From positions 44,674-108,673 of the forward strand of contig JBFXAQ010000013.1 of NCBI GenBank assembly GCA_050184115.1: a stretch of 64,000 nucleotides of DNA, given 5' to 3'. A program made the position numbers and the translations under genes. Below are positions 1 to 11,991 of this stretch, in pieces. Below the pieces are notes generated by a model that ran no database searches, was not told where the DNA came from, and was given only the letters and a program-made list of their open reading frames with translations. This stretch comes from Gammaproteobacteria bacterium (GTDB lineage Bacteria > Pseudomonadota > Gammaproteobacteria > Ga0077536). The first letter of the stretch is position 1, and every line of letters starts with the position of its first letter.

Positions 1-792
1 ACGGACCGGCCCGGTCCGACGTTCGAACAGGTCGTCGACGCCTTCGACCTCGCGCCGCTGCTCGGTCGCGGCGTCGGCGGACTGTCCGGCGGCGAGCGCC
101 AGCGCGTCGCCATCGCCCGCGCGCTCCTCACGCGCCCGCGCCTGCTGCTGATGGACGAACCCTTGTCCGCCATCGACATCCGCCGCAAGGCCGATCTCCT
201 GCCCTACGTACGCGGTCTGCCGGCGCGCTTCGGCGTGCCGGTCGTCTATGTCTCCCATGCCCTCGACGAGGTCGCCTACCTCGCCGATCACGTGCTGGTG
301 ATGGAAGTCGGCCGGATGACCGCGGCGGGGCCGGCCGCGGCCGTGCTCGAACGCCTCGACCTCGGCCGCGGTGCCGGCTGGTACGAAGCCGGCACGGTGC
401 TGAGCGGGCAGGTCGTCGAGCAGGACGAGCGTTTCCAGTTGACCCGCGTGGCGGTTGGTGCGCACCGCATCGCCGTGCCACGGGTCGCGGCAGCGACGGG
501 CACCACGCTGCGCTTGCGGGTGCGCGCGCGCGATGTCGCCCTGGCGGTGCAGGTGCCCGTCGGCATCTCCATCCGCAACGTGCTCGAAGGCCGCCTCATC
601 GACCTTGTCGAGGATGCGGCCAGCGCTTACGCCGAAGCCCTCGTCGATATCGGGGCGGGGCACGTACGCTCGCGCCTCACGCGTGCCGCGGTGGCCGAAC
701 TCGGCCTCGCCGTGGGGGCCCGGGTGTTCGTGCTGGTGCGTTCGGTCACGGTCGACGAGCCGTTCGCGGAGCAGGCGCAGGCCCCGACCTGA
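1..792 (+). CDS. modC: Molybdate ABC transporter ATP-binding protein, 5'-truncated at the window edge (C-terminal part with TOBE domain)
   Basis: Frame 1 reads from nt 1 through the ABC signature LSGGERQRVAIARALLTRPRLLLMDEP, the D-loop region SAIDI and the H-loop VSHA. A C-terminal molybdate-binding TOBE-like domain follows. Stop at 790-792. Confidence 0.8.
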   Translation, partial: TDRPGPTFEQVVDAFDLAPLLGRGVGGLSGGERQRVAIARALLTRPRLLLMDEPLSAIDIRRKADLLPYVRGLPARFGVPVVYVSHALDEVAYLADHVLVMEVGRMTAAGPAAAVLERLDLGRGAGWYEAGTVLSGQVVEQDERFQLTRVAVGAHRIAVPRVAAATGTTLRLRVRARDVALAVQVPVGISIRNVLEGRLIDLVEDAASAYAEALVDIGAGHVRSRLTRAAVAELGLAVGARVFVLVRSVTVDEPFAEQAQAPT

Positions 793-993
793 GCCAGCGC
801 ACCGGGGCGGTAAGCCCGCGCGCGATGACTGACCCGAGTCAGGGGCGGAGACGCCCCGGCCGGGTCAAGATGCACCTTCTTCCATCGGACCCGGAGCCAC
901 CCGGGCCAGGGACTCCGCGATGAGCGCCAGGCGCGCACGGCTACGGTACGCTTTCCCCTGCCTGACCAGGCGCATCGCGCGCACGAGGCGGAC

Positions 994-3492
<2,499 letters not shown>

Positions 3493-3555
3493 GCGCAGCC
3501 GGGCGGTGGCCAGGCCGGCGCACCGGGCCGGGCGCCGGCTGTGCCGGGCGCGGCT

Positions 3556-4716
3556 TCAGTCGAGGAAGCTCTGGTACTTCTCCGAGAAGATGTCGCGGCC
3601 GATGATGAGGCGCATCACCTCCGAACTCCCGGCGTAGATGCGGCTCATGCGCGCGTCGGTGAACAGGCGCGAGATCTCGTATTCCTTCATGTAGCCGGCG
3701 CCGCCGTGCAACTGCAGGCCGAGGTCGACCATGCGCCATTCGATCTCGCTGCCGAGCATCTTGGCCTTGGCGGCGAGGTTGGCGTTCAGGCGCCCGGCGT
3801 TGTGCTCGGCCACGCAGTGATCGACGAAGACCTGCAGCATGTCGATCTCGGCGTCCATCTCGGCCATGCGGAACTGGGTGTTCTGCTGTTCGGACAATGC
3901 CTTGCCGAAGAGCTGGCGCTGCATGACGAATTCGCGCGTGACGTCGAAGGCGCGCCGCGCCGTGGCGAGGTAACCGCAGGCGGCGATGAGGCGTTCTTCG
4001 GCCAGCCCCTCCATCAGGTAGTAGAAGCCCTTGCCGGGTTCGCCGAGCACGTTGGCCTTCGGCACCTTGACGTCCTGGAAGAAGAGCTCGGCGGTGTCCT
4101 GGGCGTGGAGACCGATCTTCTCCAGGTTCCGGCCGCGCTCGAAGCCCGCCATGCCGCGCTCGACGACGAGCAGCACCATGGCGTGGCGGCTCTCGGCGCG
4201 GTGCAGCTTGGCGGCGGTGATGACGACGTCGGCATTGATGCCGTTCGAAATGTAGGTCTTCGAACCGTTGAGGAGGAAATGGTCGCCCATGTCCTTCGCC
4301 GTGGTGCGCATGCCGGCGAGGTCGGAACCGGCGTTGGGCTCGGTCATGCCGACGGCGAGAATGGTCTCGCCCGAGACGCATTTGGGCAGGAAGCGCTCGC
4401 GTTGCTCCGCGTTGCCGAAGCGCTGGAAGTAGGGGCCGACCAGGCGGCTGTGCAGGGTGTTGTACCACTCGCCGCAGCCAGCGCGGACGGTCTCCTCGAT
4501 GATGATCTGCTCGTAGCGGAAGTCGTCGTCGCCCATGCCGCCGTACTGTTCGTCCGGCCAGACCATGAGGAAGCCGAGTTCGCCGGCGCGGCGGAAGATG
4601 TTGCGGTCGACGATGCCTTCGGCGCGCCAGCGCTCCATGTGCGGGGCGACCTCGTTGGCGAGGAAGCGCCGATAGCTGTCGCGGAAGATGTTCTGTTCCT
4701 CGGTGAAGGCTCGCAT
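3556..4716 (-). CDS. Acyl-CoA dehydrogenase
   Basis: ACAD-family pattern (MTEPNAGSD, YISNG, catalytic C-terminal helix region). Start placed at MRAFTEEQ with an AGGA RBS; the longer ORF N-terminus has no RBS. Confidence 0.85.
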   Translation of the reverse strand: MRAFTEEQNIFRDSYRRFLANEVAPHMERWRAEGIVDRNIFRRAGELGFLMVWPDEQYGGMGDDDFRYEQIIIEETVRAGCGEWYNTLHSRLVGPYFQRFGNAEQRERFLPKCVSGETILAVGMTEPNAGSDLAGMRTTAKDMGDHFLLNGSKTYISNGINADVVITAAKLHRAESRHAMVLLVVERGMAGFERGRNLEKIGLHAQDTAELFFQDVKVPKANVLGEPGKGFYYLMEGLAEERLIAACGYLATARRAFDVTREFVMQRQLFGKALSEQQNTQFRMAEMDAEIDMLQVFVDHCVAEHNAGRLNANLAAKAKMLGSEIEWRMVDLGLQLHGGAGYMKEYEISRLFTDARMSRIYAGSSEVMRLIIGRDIFSEKYQSFLD

Positions 4717-4959
4717 GGGGTCTCGTCCTGTCGTGAAAGCGGAACGCGGCGGGCAGAGCCGGCGCGCGGGGGGCAATTATAGGCGACCCCCGCGGCCGCG
4801 GGCTTGCGGCGCGGCCGACCGCAGTGCGCGCGCCGTTGTGGGCGGGTACAACGCGGGCGCCGCGCGCTTGTGGCGTTCGCCGTTGACCCTGCCGACCGGC
4901 CTGTCGAGACTGCATCCCGAGCCGGCGCATGCCGGCGCCCAGCACCGGGGGAGAGCACC

Positions 4960-5796
4960 ATGGAGTTCAATCGCGTCGTCGGCTCGCGCCGCAGCATCCG
5001 CTACTACAAGACCTGGCAACCGGTCGAGGAGGCCAAGATCCAGCGCATCCTCGAGGCGGTGCGCTGGACCACCTGTCCGGGCAACCTGCAGCCCTGGCGG
5101 GCCATCGTCGTCTACCGCGACGAACTCGACGACGACACCCGCGAGCTCCTGCTGCGCGCCGACAACTGGCAGGGCGCCCACGTCCAGGCGCCGGTGTGGA
5201 TCTACTGGTTCGGCGACATGGCCGTGGCGCGGCCCGAGAACTTCGTGCGCAACACCATCGAACTGCTCGGCGCGGGCGCGATCCCCGCCGCCTATGGCTG
5301 GGCCAAGGACACCATCCTGGCCGCCATCGAGGGTGGCGAGGAGACGCCCGAAGGCATGGCCTCGATCCAGGAGATCCTGCACGACATGCCGGAAGAGGTG
5401 TCGCGCGCGATGGCCCACGGCGAGACCGTCGGCGCCTGCGCCGTCGCCACGCTCGCCGCCGTCGACGCGGGGCTCGGCACCTGCCTGCACACGATCGGCC
5501 GCCCGACCATGGTGGCGAAGGTCAAGCAGGCACTCGGCGCCCCGGACAGCTGGATCCCGGTGTGGGTGCAACTCCTCGGCTACCCGGCGGAGAGTGCCGA
5601 GGCGGGCGGGCAACGGCCGCGCAAGCCCTACGAGGAGCTCTACTTCCGCATGAAGTACGGCGAGCCCATGCAACGCGACCCGAAAGTCGTCGCCGAGCTC
5701 GAAGCGGAAGGCCTGCTGCAGGCGCCGGCGCCCCTGCCCGGGCGCGAGGACGAACTGCGCTACCTCGCGCGCATGTACGGCTACCCGGAGGAATGA
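4960..5796 (+). CDS. Nitroreductase-family protein
   Basis: Start at MEFNRVVGSRRSIRYYK, preceded by GGGGAGAG. The motif RRSIRYY/K is typical of NADH oxidase/nitroreductase-fold enzymes. Confidence 0.7.
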   Translation: MEFNRVVGSRRSIRYYKTWQPVEEAKIQRILEAVRWTTCPGNLQPWRAIVVYRDELDDDTRELLLRADNWQGAHVQAPVWIYWFGDMAVARPENFVRNTIELLGAGAIPAAYGWAKDTILAAIEGGEETPEGMASIQEILHDMPEEVSRAMAHGETVGACAVATLAAVDAGLGTCLHTIGRPTMVAKVKQALGAPDSWIPVWVQLLGYPAESAEAGGQRPRKPYEELYFRMKYGEPMQRDPKVVAELEAEGLLQAPAPLPGREDELRYLARMYGYPEE

Positions 5797-6176
5797 GCGC
5801 GCTCAGCGCGCGGACAACACCCATGAGCGACAGCGAACATCCCCTGCTGGCCCACGCCAGCGCGCGCACCTGGATCGAGGCGGGCGGCGCGCCGGGCCTG
5901 CGCCCCGGCGCCGACCGCGCGCGCAAGCTCGAGTGGCTGGCGCAGTACTGCGCCTACGTCGAGGCCGATCCGGACCGCATCATCGCCGCCGCGCGTGGCG
6001 ACGCGGCGACCAAGAACGACTACCTCAAGCGCCTCAAGGCCTGGGCCGATGGCCTGCCCGGCAGCGAACGTGCCCGCCACGACGCCGAGAACGCCATCCG
6101 CGGCTTCTTCATGCGCAACGGTTTCCGCGTCGTCGCGCGGCCCTACCGCGATGTCTACCAACGCCGCGGGAGCTGA
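5793..6176 (+). CDS. Hypothetical protein (127 aa), translationally coupled to the nitroreductase gene
   Basis: The ATG at 5793 overlaps the nitroreductase stop (ATGA) and is preceded by GGAGGA. Good codon usage for this genome. No recognisable domain. Confidence 0.45.
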   Translation: MSALSARTTPMSDSEHPLLAHASARTWIEAGGAPGLRPGADRARKLEWLAQYCAYVEADPDRIIAAARGDAATKNDYLKRLKAWADGLPGSERARHDAENAIRGFFMRNGFRVVARPYRDVYQRRGS

Positions 6177-6215
6177 GCGGGTGGCGCGTGTGCACCGCAT
6201 GGAGTGTGCGCGGCG

Positions 6216-7772
6216 ATGAACGCCGGCGACTTCCTCACCCACACCGCGCGCAGCCTGCCCGGGCGTACCGCCTTCATCTGGGGCGAACGCACGCGCAGCT
6301 ACGCCGAGTGCAACGCGCGTGCGGACGCCTTCGCCCACGAACTCGGCCGGCGCGGGCTGGCGCGCGGCGACCGCGTCGCCCTGCTGCTCGACAACTGCCC
6401 CGAGGTGATGGAGGCGATGTTCGGCTGCTGGAAGGCCGGGCTCGCGGTGGCGCCGCTCAACGCGCGCTTCACGCCGGGCGAGATCGAGTACCACCTCGCC
6501 GATTGCGGCGCGCGGCTGGTGGTGACCTCGCCCCGGCACCTCGCGGCCCTGGCGGCTTTGCGCCCGCGCCTGCCGGCGCTCGAGCACGTCATCGTGTGCG
6601 ACGGCGAGGCGGCCCACGCGGACGCCTGGGAACGCATCGTCGCGGCGCCCGCCGCGCCGTTTGCCAGCATCGCGGTCGAGCCCGACGAGCTGGCCTGGCT
6701 GGCCTACACCTCGGGCACCACCGGCCGCCCCAAGGGCGCCATGCTGACCCACGGCGTGCTCGTCTTCGAAGTGCTCGGCATGCTCGCCGACTTCTTCCCG
6801 CTGGAGGCCGAGCACGTCGGCATCCACGCCGCGCCGCTGACCCACGGCTCCGGGCACGTCGGCCTCGTCTTCACCGCCAAGGGCTGTACCCAGGTCATCC
6901 TCGCGCCGTCCGGCTTCGACCCGGCACGCTTCCTCGAACTGGTCGAGCGGCACCGCGTCAATGCGCTCTTCCTGGTACCGACCATCATCAAGATGGTGGT
7001 CGAGCACCCCGACGTCGCGCGGCGCGACCTGTCCTCGCTGCGCTGGGTCTTCTACGGCGGATCGCCGATGTACGTCGACGACCTGCGCCGCGCCATCGAG
7101 CGCCTCGGGCCGATCTTCATCCAGGGTTTCGGCCAGACCGAATCGCCCATGACCGGCACCTACCTGCCCGCCGCCGAGCACGACCTCGACGGCCTGCACG
7201 CGCACCGCCTGCTGTCCTGCGGGCGGGTCCGCACCGGCATCGACCTGCGCATCCTCGACGCCCGGGACAACGAGCTGTCGGCCGGCGAGATCGGCGAGAT
7301 CTGCATCCGCGGCGGTTCGGTCATGAAGGGTTACTGGCAGCGCCCGGACGAGACCGCCGAGACCCTGCGCAATGGCTGGCTGCACACCGGCGACCTCGGG
7401 CGCATGGATGTCGATGGCTACGTCTACATCCTCGACCGCAGCAAGGACATGGTGATCTCGGGCGGGCTCAACATCTACCCGCGCGAGATCGAGGAGCTGC
7501 TCACCGACCACCCCGACGTCGCCGAGGCCTGCGTCTTCGGCATCCCCGACAGCAAGTGGGGCGAGGCGCTCGCCGCCCACGTCGTCGTCCGTGCCGGCGC
7601 CACGCTCGACGCCGCGCAGCTCCTCGCACACCTCGCCGAGCGTGCGGCCGGCTACAAGAAGCCCAAGCACATCACCTTCGTCGATGCCCTGCCGAAGACG
7701 ACCTACGGCAAGGTCGACAAGAAGGCGGTGCGCGCGCCCTACTGGGAGGGACAGTCGCGCCAGGTGGGCTGA
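6216..7772 (+). CDS. AMP-dependent synthetase/ligase (acyl-CoA ligase)
   Basis: AMP-binding motifs YTSGTTGRPKGAML, GYGQTE-like QGFGQTE, and the TGDLGRMDVDGYVYILDRSKD hinge. C-terminal K at YGKVDK. Confidence 0.85.
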   Translation: MNAGDFLTHTARSLPGRTAFIWGERTRSYAECNARADAFAHELGRRGLARGDRVALLLDNCPEVMEAMFGCWKAGLAVAPLNARFTPGEIEYHLADCGARLVVTSPRHLAALAALRPRLPALEHVIVCDGEAAHADAWERIVAAPAAPFASIAVEPDELAWLAYTSGTTGRPKGAMLTHGVLVFEVLGMLADFFPLEAEHVGIHAAPLTHGSGHVGLVFTAKGCTQVILAPSGFDPARFLELVERHRVNALFLVPTIIKMVVEHPDVARRDLSSLRWVFYGGSPMYVDDLRRAIERLGPIFIQGFGQTESPMTGTYLPAAEHDLDGLHAHRLLSCGRVRTGIDLRILDARDNELSAGEIGEICIRGGSVMKGYWQRPDETAETLRNGWLHTGDLGRMDVDGYVYILDRSKDMVISGGLNIYPREIEELLTDHPDVAEACVFGIPDSKWGEALAAHVVVRAGATLDAAQLLAHLAERAAGYKKPKHITFVDALPKTTYGKVDKKAVRAPYWEGQSRQVG

Positions 7773-7851
7773 GCGCGCGTGGGAGCGGTGCGCGCGCGGC
7801 GGGCTAGAATCGGCCCGGCCACCGCCCGGTCCAATCCACCACGGGGAGCCC

Positions 7852-9015
7852 ATGCCCGACGCCGATGCCCGCTTCACGCGCGCCGTCCAGGCCTTCGAGG
7901 CCGATGCGGCCGCGCTCGCCGAACGCCAGGCCGCGGCGGTGCTCGAACGCTTCGCGTCCTACACCGACGCGGCGGTGCCGCGGGCCTCGCTGGTCGCTTC
8001 GGGACTGCGCAACGTCACGCAGCTCGTCGCCATCCTGCGCTCCGGCGCGCTGCCCGGCGCGGATGAACTCGACGAGGCCCGCCGCGCGCGCGAGCGCACC
8101 GCCCAGGGCGTGCCGGCGGACGATCTCTATGCCGCCTACCGCATGTGCCTGCGCCTGCTCACCGAGGCCTTCGTCGCACACGGTGAGCGCCTGCGCGTGC
8201 CGCGCGAGCGCCTGCTCGACACCATGCGCCTGTTATGGGAGAGCGCCGACCTGCTGACCTCGGCGGTGGTGGTGGCGCGGCTCGCCGCCGAACTCGACCT
8301 CGCCCGCCACGACGAAGGGCGCCGCCTCGACGTGCTCCGCGCCCTCCTGTTCGGCGGCGGCACGACGGTCGAGCGCCGCCAGCGGCTCGCCGCGCTGGGC
8401 CTGCCGCCCGATCGCAGCTACTACGTGCTGCGCGCCCGCGCCGCCACCGCGGCGGCGCGCGAAGCCCTGCGCGCACGGCTCGAAGCGTCGCTCAGGACCT
8501 ACGGTTGTCGCCCGTTGCTCGGCATCGTCGACGGCGACGTCGCCGGTATCGCGCCGCTGCGCCCGCCACGCGACGACCGCGGCTACACCGCCGGCATCGC
8601 CGGCCCCGGCGCCGTCGAGACCCTGCCGCAGGCCTTCGCCACCGCGACCCGCCTGCTCGGGGTCGCGCTGCGCTTCGCCGGCCCGGGGCCGCACGAACTC
8701 GGCGACCTTTCCCTGCGCGTCGCGGTCGCCGCTGACGCCGATCTCGCGCGGCTGCTCGACGAGCGCTACCTCGAGCCACTGCGCGGCGTGGGCGAATTCG
8801 GCGTCCAGGTCGTCGAGACCCTCGACGCCTACCTCGCCGCCGGCGCCCGCATCGGTGAGGCCGCAACCGCACTCGGCCTGCACCCCAACACGGTGCGCCA
8901 TCGCCTCAACCGTTTCACCGATCTCACCGGCGCTGCGCTCGACGACCTCGAAGTGCTGTTCGAACTGTGGTGGGTGCTGACCTGGTCACGCGGTGAGACG
9001 GCCGACCAACCATGA
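7852..9015 (+). CDS. PucR/CdaR-family transcriptional regulator
   Basis: C-terminal helix-turn-helix LDAYLAAGARIGEAATALGLHPNTVRHRLNRFTDLTG typical of PucR_C. Start at MPDADARF after ACGGGGAG. The track ORF starts further upstream, out of RBS context. Confidence 0.65.
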   Translation: MPDADARFTRAVQAFEADAAALAERQAAAVLERFASYTDAAVPRASLVASGLRNVTQLVAILRSGALPGADELDEARRARERTAQGVPADDLYAAYRMCLRLLTEAFVAHGERLRVPRERLLDTMRLLWESADLLTSAVVVARLAAELDLARHDEGRRLDVLRALLFGGGTTVERRQRLAALGLPPDRSYYVLRARAATAAAREALRARLEASLRTYGCRPLLGIVDGDVAGIAPLRPPRDDRGYTAGIAGPGAVETLPQAFATATRLLGVALRFAGPGPHELGDLSLRVAVAADADLARLLDERYLEPLRGVGEFGVQVVETLDAYLAAGARIGEAATALGLHPNTVRHRLNRFTDLTGAALDDLEVLFELWWVLTWSRGETADQP

Positions 9016-9103
9016 CGGTGACCGCGGCGTCCCGCTGGCCTTCCCGCTGCGCCTGCGTCAGGATAGCGGCCCTTGATCAACCCACGAGGAGAGGAACCCA
9101 ACG

Positions 9104-9484
9104 ATGTTTTCGCACATCATGGTCGGCAGCAACGATATCGCGCGTTCGAAGAAGTTCTATGACGCCCTGCTCGGCGCGATTGGCGCGAAGCCCGCCATCA
9201 CCGACGACAAGGGCCGCCTGATCTACATGCACAACGATGGCCTGTTCCTGGTCACCACCCCCATCGACGGCAAGCCGGCGAGCGGCGCCAACGGCGGCAC
9301 CATTGGTTTCGCCTGCACCTCCGAAGACCAGGTCAAGGCCTGGCATGCGGCCGGCGTCGCCAACGGCGGCACCAGCATCGAGGATCCGCCGGGCGTGCGC
9401 GAAGGCGGCTTCGGCAAGCTTTACCTCGCCTACGTGCGTGACCCGGACGGCAACAAGCTCTGCGCGCTGCACCGGGTGGGCTGA
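9104..9484 (+). CDS. VOC (glyoxalase/bleomycin-resistance/dioxygenase) family protein
   Basis: 126 aa with a small beta-alpha-beta-beta-beta VOC-like sequence pattern. Strong RBS GAGGAGAGGAA 8 nt upstream. Confidence 0.75.
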   Translation: MFSHIMVGSNDIARSKKFYDALLGAIGAKPAITDDKGRLIYMHNDGLFLVTTPIDGKPASGANGGTIGFACTSEDQVKAWHAAGVANGGTSIEDPPGVREGGFGKLYLAYVRDPDGNKLCALHRVG

Positions 9485-9561
9485 GTCCCACGCCTGTCGC
9501 CGACGCCCCGCGCGGCGGCGGTGGGCAAAACGCCCCGGGAAGCACGGCGACCGGGGCAGCG

Positions 9562-9592
9562 AAAGGCCACCCTCGCGGTGGCCTTTTCTTTG
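9562..9592 (+). terminator. Putative Rho-independent terminator (shared by the convergent VOC gene and histidine kinase)
   Basis: Hairpin aaaGGCCACCctcgcGGTGGCCttttctttg: a 7-bp GC stem followed by a T-run. Confidence 0.45.
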
Positions 9593-9603
9593 CGTCGGCG
9601 CGC

Positions 9604-11010
9604 TCAGGCCGCGCCGCGTTCGCGGGTCGACGACGGGAACTCGACGACGAAGCGCGTGCCGGGTTCCGCGCCACGGTCCTCGAGCCGTACATCACCACCG
9701 TGGGCGCGCGCAATCTCGCGCACGATCGGCAGGCCGAGGCCACAGCCTTCACCCGGACTGTTCGGTGGGCGGTAGAAGTGATCGAAGATCTGCGGTCGAT
9801 GCTCGGGCGGGATGCCGGGGCCGTCGTCCTCGACCGCGACCTGCACGCCGCGCGGCCCGCGCGCGACGCTGACCCAGACGTGCCCGCGCGGGCGCCCGTA
9901 GACGATCGCGTTCTCGACCAGGTTACGCAGCATCTCGTAGAGCAGGGCAGGGTCGCCCTGGACGTCGAGGCGCGTCTCGGGCGCAATCGCCGCCAGCGTG
10001 ATGCCTTGCTCCTGCGCGCTCGGTTCGAGTTCCTCGCAGCAGGCGTGGACCAGGGCGACCAGGTCGGTCGGCAGCGCGAGCGGTCCGCGGTCGAAGGCGA
10101 TCTCGGCGCGCGCCAGCTTGAGGAGCTGCGAGTTCACGTGCGTCATGTGATCGGCCGCGTTGGCAATCTGCTGCAGCGAGCGGCGCACCGCGTCGGGGTC
10201 GGTCTCACGTAGCGCGATCTGGCATTGCAGCTTGATGCCGGCCAGGGGCGTGCGCACCTGGTGGGCGATGTTGCCGATGAAGGCCTCGTGCGCGGTGAGC
10301 ATGTGGTCGATGCGGCCAAGCAGGCCATTGGTGTTCTCGATCAGCCCGCGGACTTCGAGCGGGGCGTCGTCGGCCGGGAAGGGCGTGAGTTCCCGCGGCG
10401 AGCGGCGCGCCAGCTCGCGCGACAGGCGGCGCAGCGGCGCAAAGCCGCGGTTGACCGCAACGGTGATGGCGACCATCGCCGCCAGCAACAGCAGGCCTTT
10501 CTTGACGGTGACCAGTGTCAGCACTTCGTTGGTCATGCCGCGGCGCTTGCGCAACGTCTCTGCGACCTGCACGACGATCTCGTCCGGCGCGCCGGGGTTG
10601 CTCAGGATCGAAACTGCACGCCCGGCCTGGCCGGCGAGGCGCACGTCGGCGAAGACGGGGCCTTCGCGCAGGCGATCGAGTTCGAACGGCAGGGTCAGCG
10701 GCAGGTCGCCGGCGATCACCGTACCGGCCGGGTCGATGATGCGGAAATAGGTGTCGTCCAGCTCGTCCCACTCGAACATGTCGACCGCATCGGCGGCGGC
10801 GATGAAATGCAGCGCGTCGTCCTCGAAGCGTACCTCCTGGCCGATCGAATGCGCCGAGTCGACCAGCCAGCGATCGAAGACCTGGTTGGCGGTGTGCAGG
10901 CCGACCAGGTAGGACACCACCGTCTCGATCAGGAGCAGCACCAGCAGCGGAATGCCGACCAGCAGCAGCACGTGGGTGCGCAGGGAGAAGTTGTGCATGG
11001 CGATGGGCAC
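9604..11010 (-). CDS. Sensor histidine kinase with a periplasmic sensor domain (TctE/QseC-like architecture)
   Basis: Two TM segments and a HAMP-like linker. HisKA H-box HEAFIGNIAHQVRTPL. HATPase_c motifs (N, G1 DDGPGIP, G2 GLGLPIV). The start could alternatively be MHNFSL at 10998. Confidence 0.85.
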   Translation of the reverse strand: MPIAMHNFSLRTHVLLLVGIPLLVLLLIETVVSYLVGLHTANQVFDRWLVDSAHSIGQEVRFEDDALHFIAAADAVDMFEWDELDDTYFRIIDPAGTVIAGDLPLTLPFELDRLREGPVFADVRLAGQAGRAVSILSNPGAPDEIVVQVAETLRKRRGMTNEVLTLVTVKKGLLLLAAMVAITVAVNRGFAPLRRLSRELARRSPRELTPFPADDAPLEVRGLIENTNGLLGRIDHMLTAHEAFIGNIAHQVRTPLAGIKLQCQIALRETDPDAVRRSLQQIANAADHMTHVNSQLLKLARAEIAFDRGPLALPTDLVALVHACCEELEPSAQEQGITLAAIAPETRLDVQGDPALLYEMLRNLVENAIVYGRPRGHVWVSVARGPRGVQVAVEDDGPGIPPEHRPQIFDHFYRPPNSPGEGCGLGLPIVREIARAHGGDVRLEDRGAEPGTRFVVEFPSSTRERGAA

Positions 11011-11016
11011 GGCGCG

Positions 11017-11682
11017 TCAACCCGTCTCGATGAGGTAGCCGACGCCGCGCAGGGTGCGGATGTTGAGGCCGTGCGCGCCGAGCCGCCGGCGCAGGCGGTG
11101 GATGTAGACCTCGACGGCGTTGTCGCCGATATCGTCGTTGCTCGCCGTCAGGCGCTGCGCGATGCGCGCCTTGGTGACGACCTTGTTGGCGTTCACGGCG
11201 AGGACTTCCAGCACCTCGAATTCGCGCACCGGCAGGTCGAGCAGCACGCCGTCGACGCGGACCTCGCGCGAGAACGGGTTGATGCTCACCACGCCGAGGC
11301 GAAGTTCGTCATCGAAGTCCATCTGGCTGCGGCGGAGCAGGGCGCGCACGCGCGCTTCGAGTTCGCGCAGGTCGAAGGGCTTCTCGAGGTAGTCGTCGGC
11401 ACCCGCGTCCAGTGCCGCGACGCGGTGCTCGACGCCGTCGCGCGCGGTGAGGATCAGCACCGGCAGGGCAAGGCGCCGGCGCCGCAGGTAGCGCAGGATG
11501 TCGAGACCGTCCTCGTCCGGGAGGCCGAGATCGAGGATGACGAGGTCGTAGTCGCCACCGTCGAGTGCGGCGCGTGCCCAGGCACCATCGGGTGCGTGTT
11601 CGACGGCGTAACCCGCTTGCTCGAGCGCGCGCACGAGGCCGGTACCGAGCAGCTTGTCGTCTTCGACGACGAGGATGTTCAT
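11017..11682 (-). CDS. OmpR-family response regulator (receiver plus winged-helix DNA-binding domain)
   Basis: MNILVVEDD...DLVILDLGLPDEDGL...LILTARD...DDYLEKPF receiver, followed by the trans_reg_C domain. Sits 7 nt upstream of the kinase gene. Confidence 0.9.
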   Translation of the reverse strand: MNILVVEDDKLLGTGLVRALEQAGYAVEHAPDGAWARAALDGGDYDLVILDLGLPDEDGLDILRYLRRRRLALPVLILTARDGVEHRVAALDAGADDYLEKPFDLRELEARVRALLRRSQMDFDDELRLGVVSINPFSREVRVDGVLLDLPVREFEVLEVLAVNANKVVTKARIAQRLTASNDDIGDNAVEVYIHRLRRRLGAHGLNIRTLRGVGYLIETG

Positions 11683-11716
11683 GGTCGTGTCGTCCTGAAA
11701 TAGGTGAGGCAGAAAA

Positions 11717-11851
11717 GCAGGCGGAAAGGGGACGGAAAAGGGACAGCAGACAAGGGGACAGATCTATTTTTCTTTATTAAAAAAAAATAAATCTGTCCCC
11801 TTTGCTGTTCCCGTCCCTTTCCGCCTCGCCGTTCTTCCTGCTCCGTTGCCT
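11717..11851. repeat. Long imperfect palindrome with an AT-rich centre, in the divergent regulator/sulP promoter region
   Basis: gcaggcggaaaggggacggaaaagggacagcagacaaggggacagatctattttt CTTTATTAAAAAAAAATAAA tctgtcccctttgctgttcccgtccctttccgcctcgccgttcttcctgc. Inner perfect arms GGGGACAGAT(c/t)TATTTTT lie at 11764-11781 and 11793-11810. Confidence 0.55.
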
Positions 11852-11991
11852 GCGGCGCGCCAGCTTAGCGCATCGTTCCTTGTAAGGTGCGCGTAAGCCA
11901 GGCGAAAGGCAGTCGTAAGCGCGGCCGGTCTACTCTGCCCTCCCGCGCCAGTGGCGCCACACGTTCCAAGCCGAACGGGAGCGAGACCGAC

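Noticed and set aside
793-993. Hairpins GGGGCGgagaCGCCCC and CTGACccgaGTCAG downstream of modC
   Set aside because: Short GC stems without a following T-run, common by chance in 70 % GC DNA. Not called as terminators.
5781-7877. 698-aa minus-strand ORF antisense to the CoA ligase
   Set aside because: Antisense artefact. No motifs.
10225-11703. 492-aa plus-strand ORF antisense to the histidine kinase/response regulator
   Set aside because: Antisense artefact.
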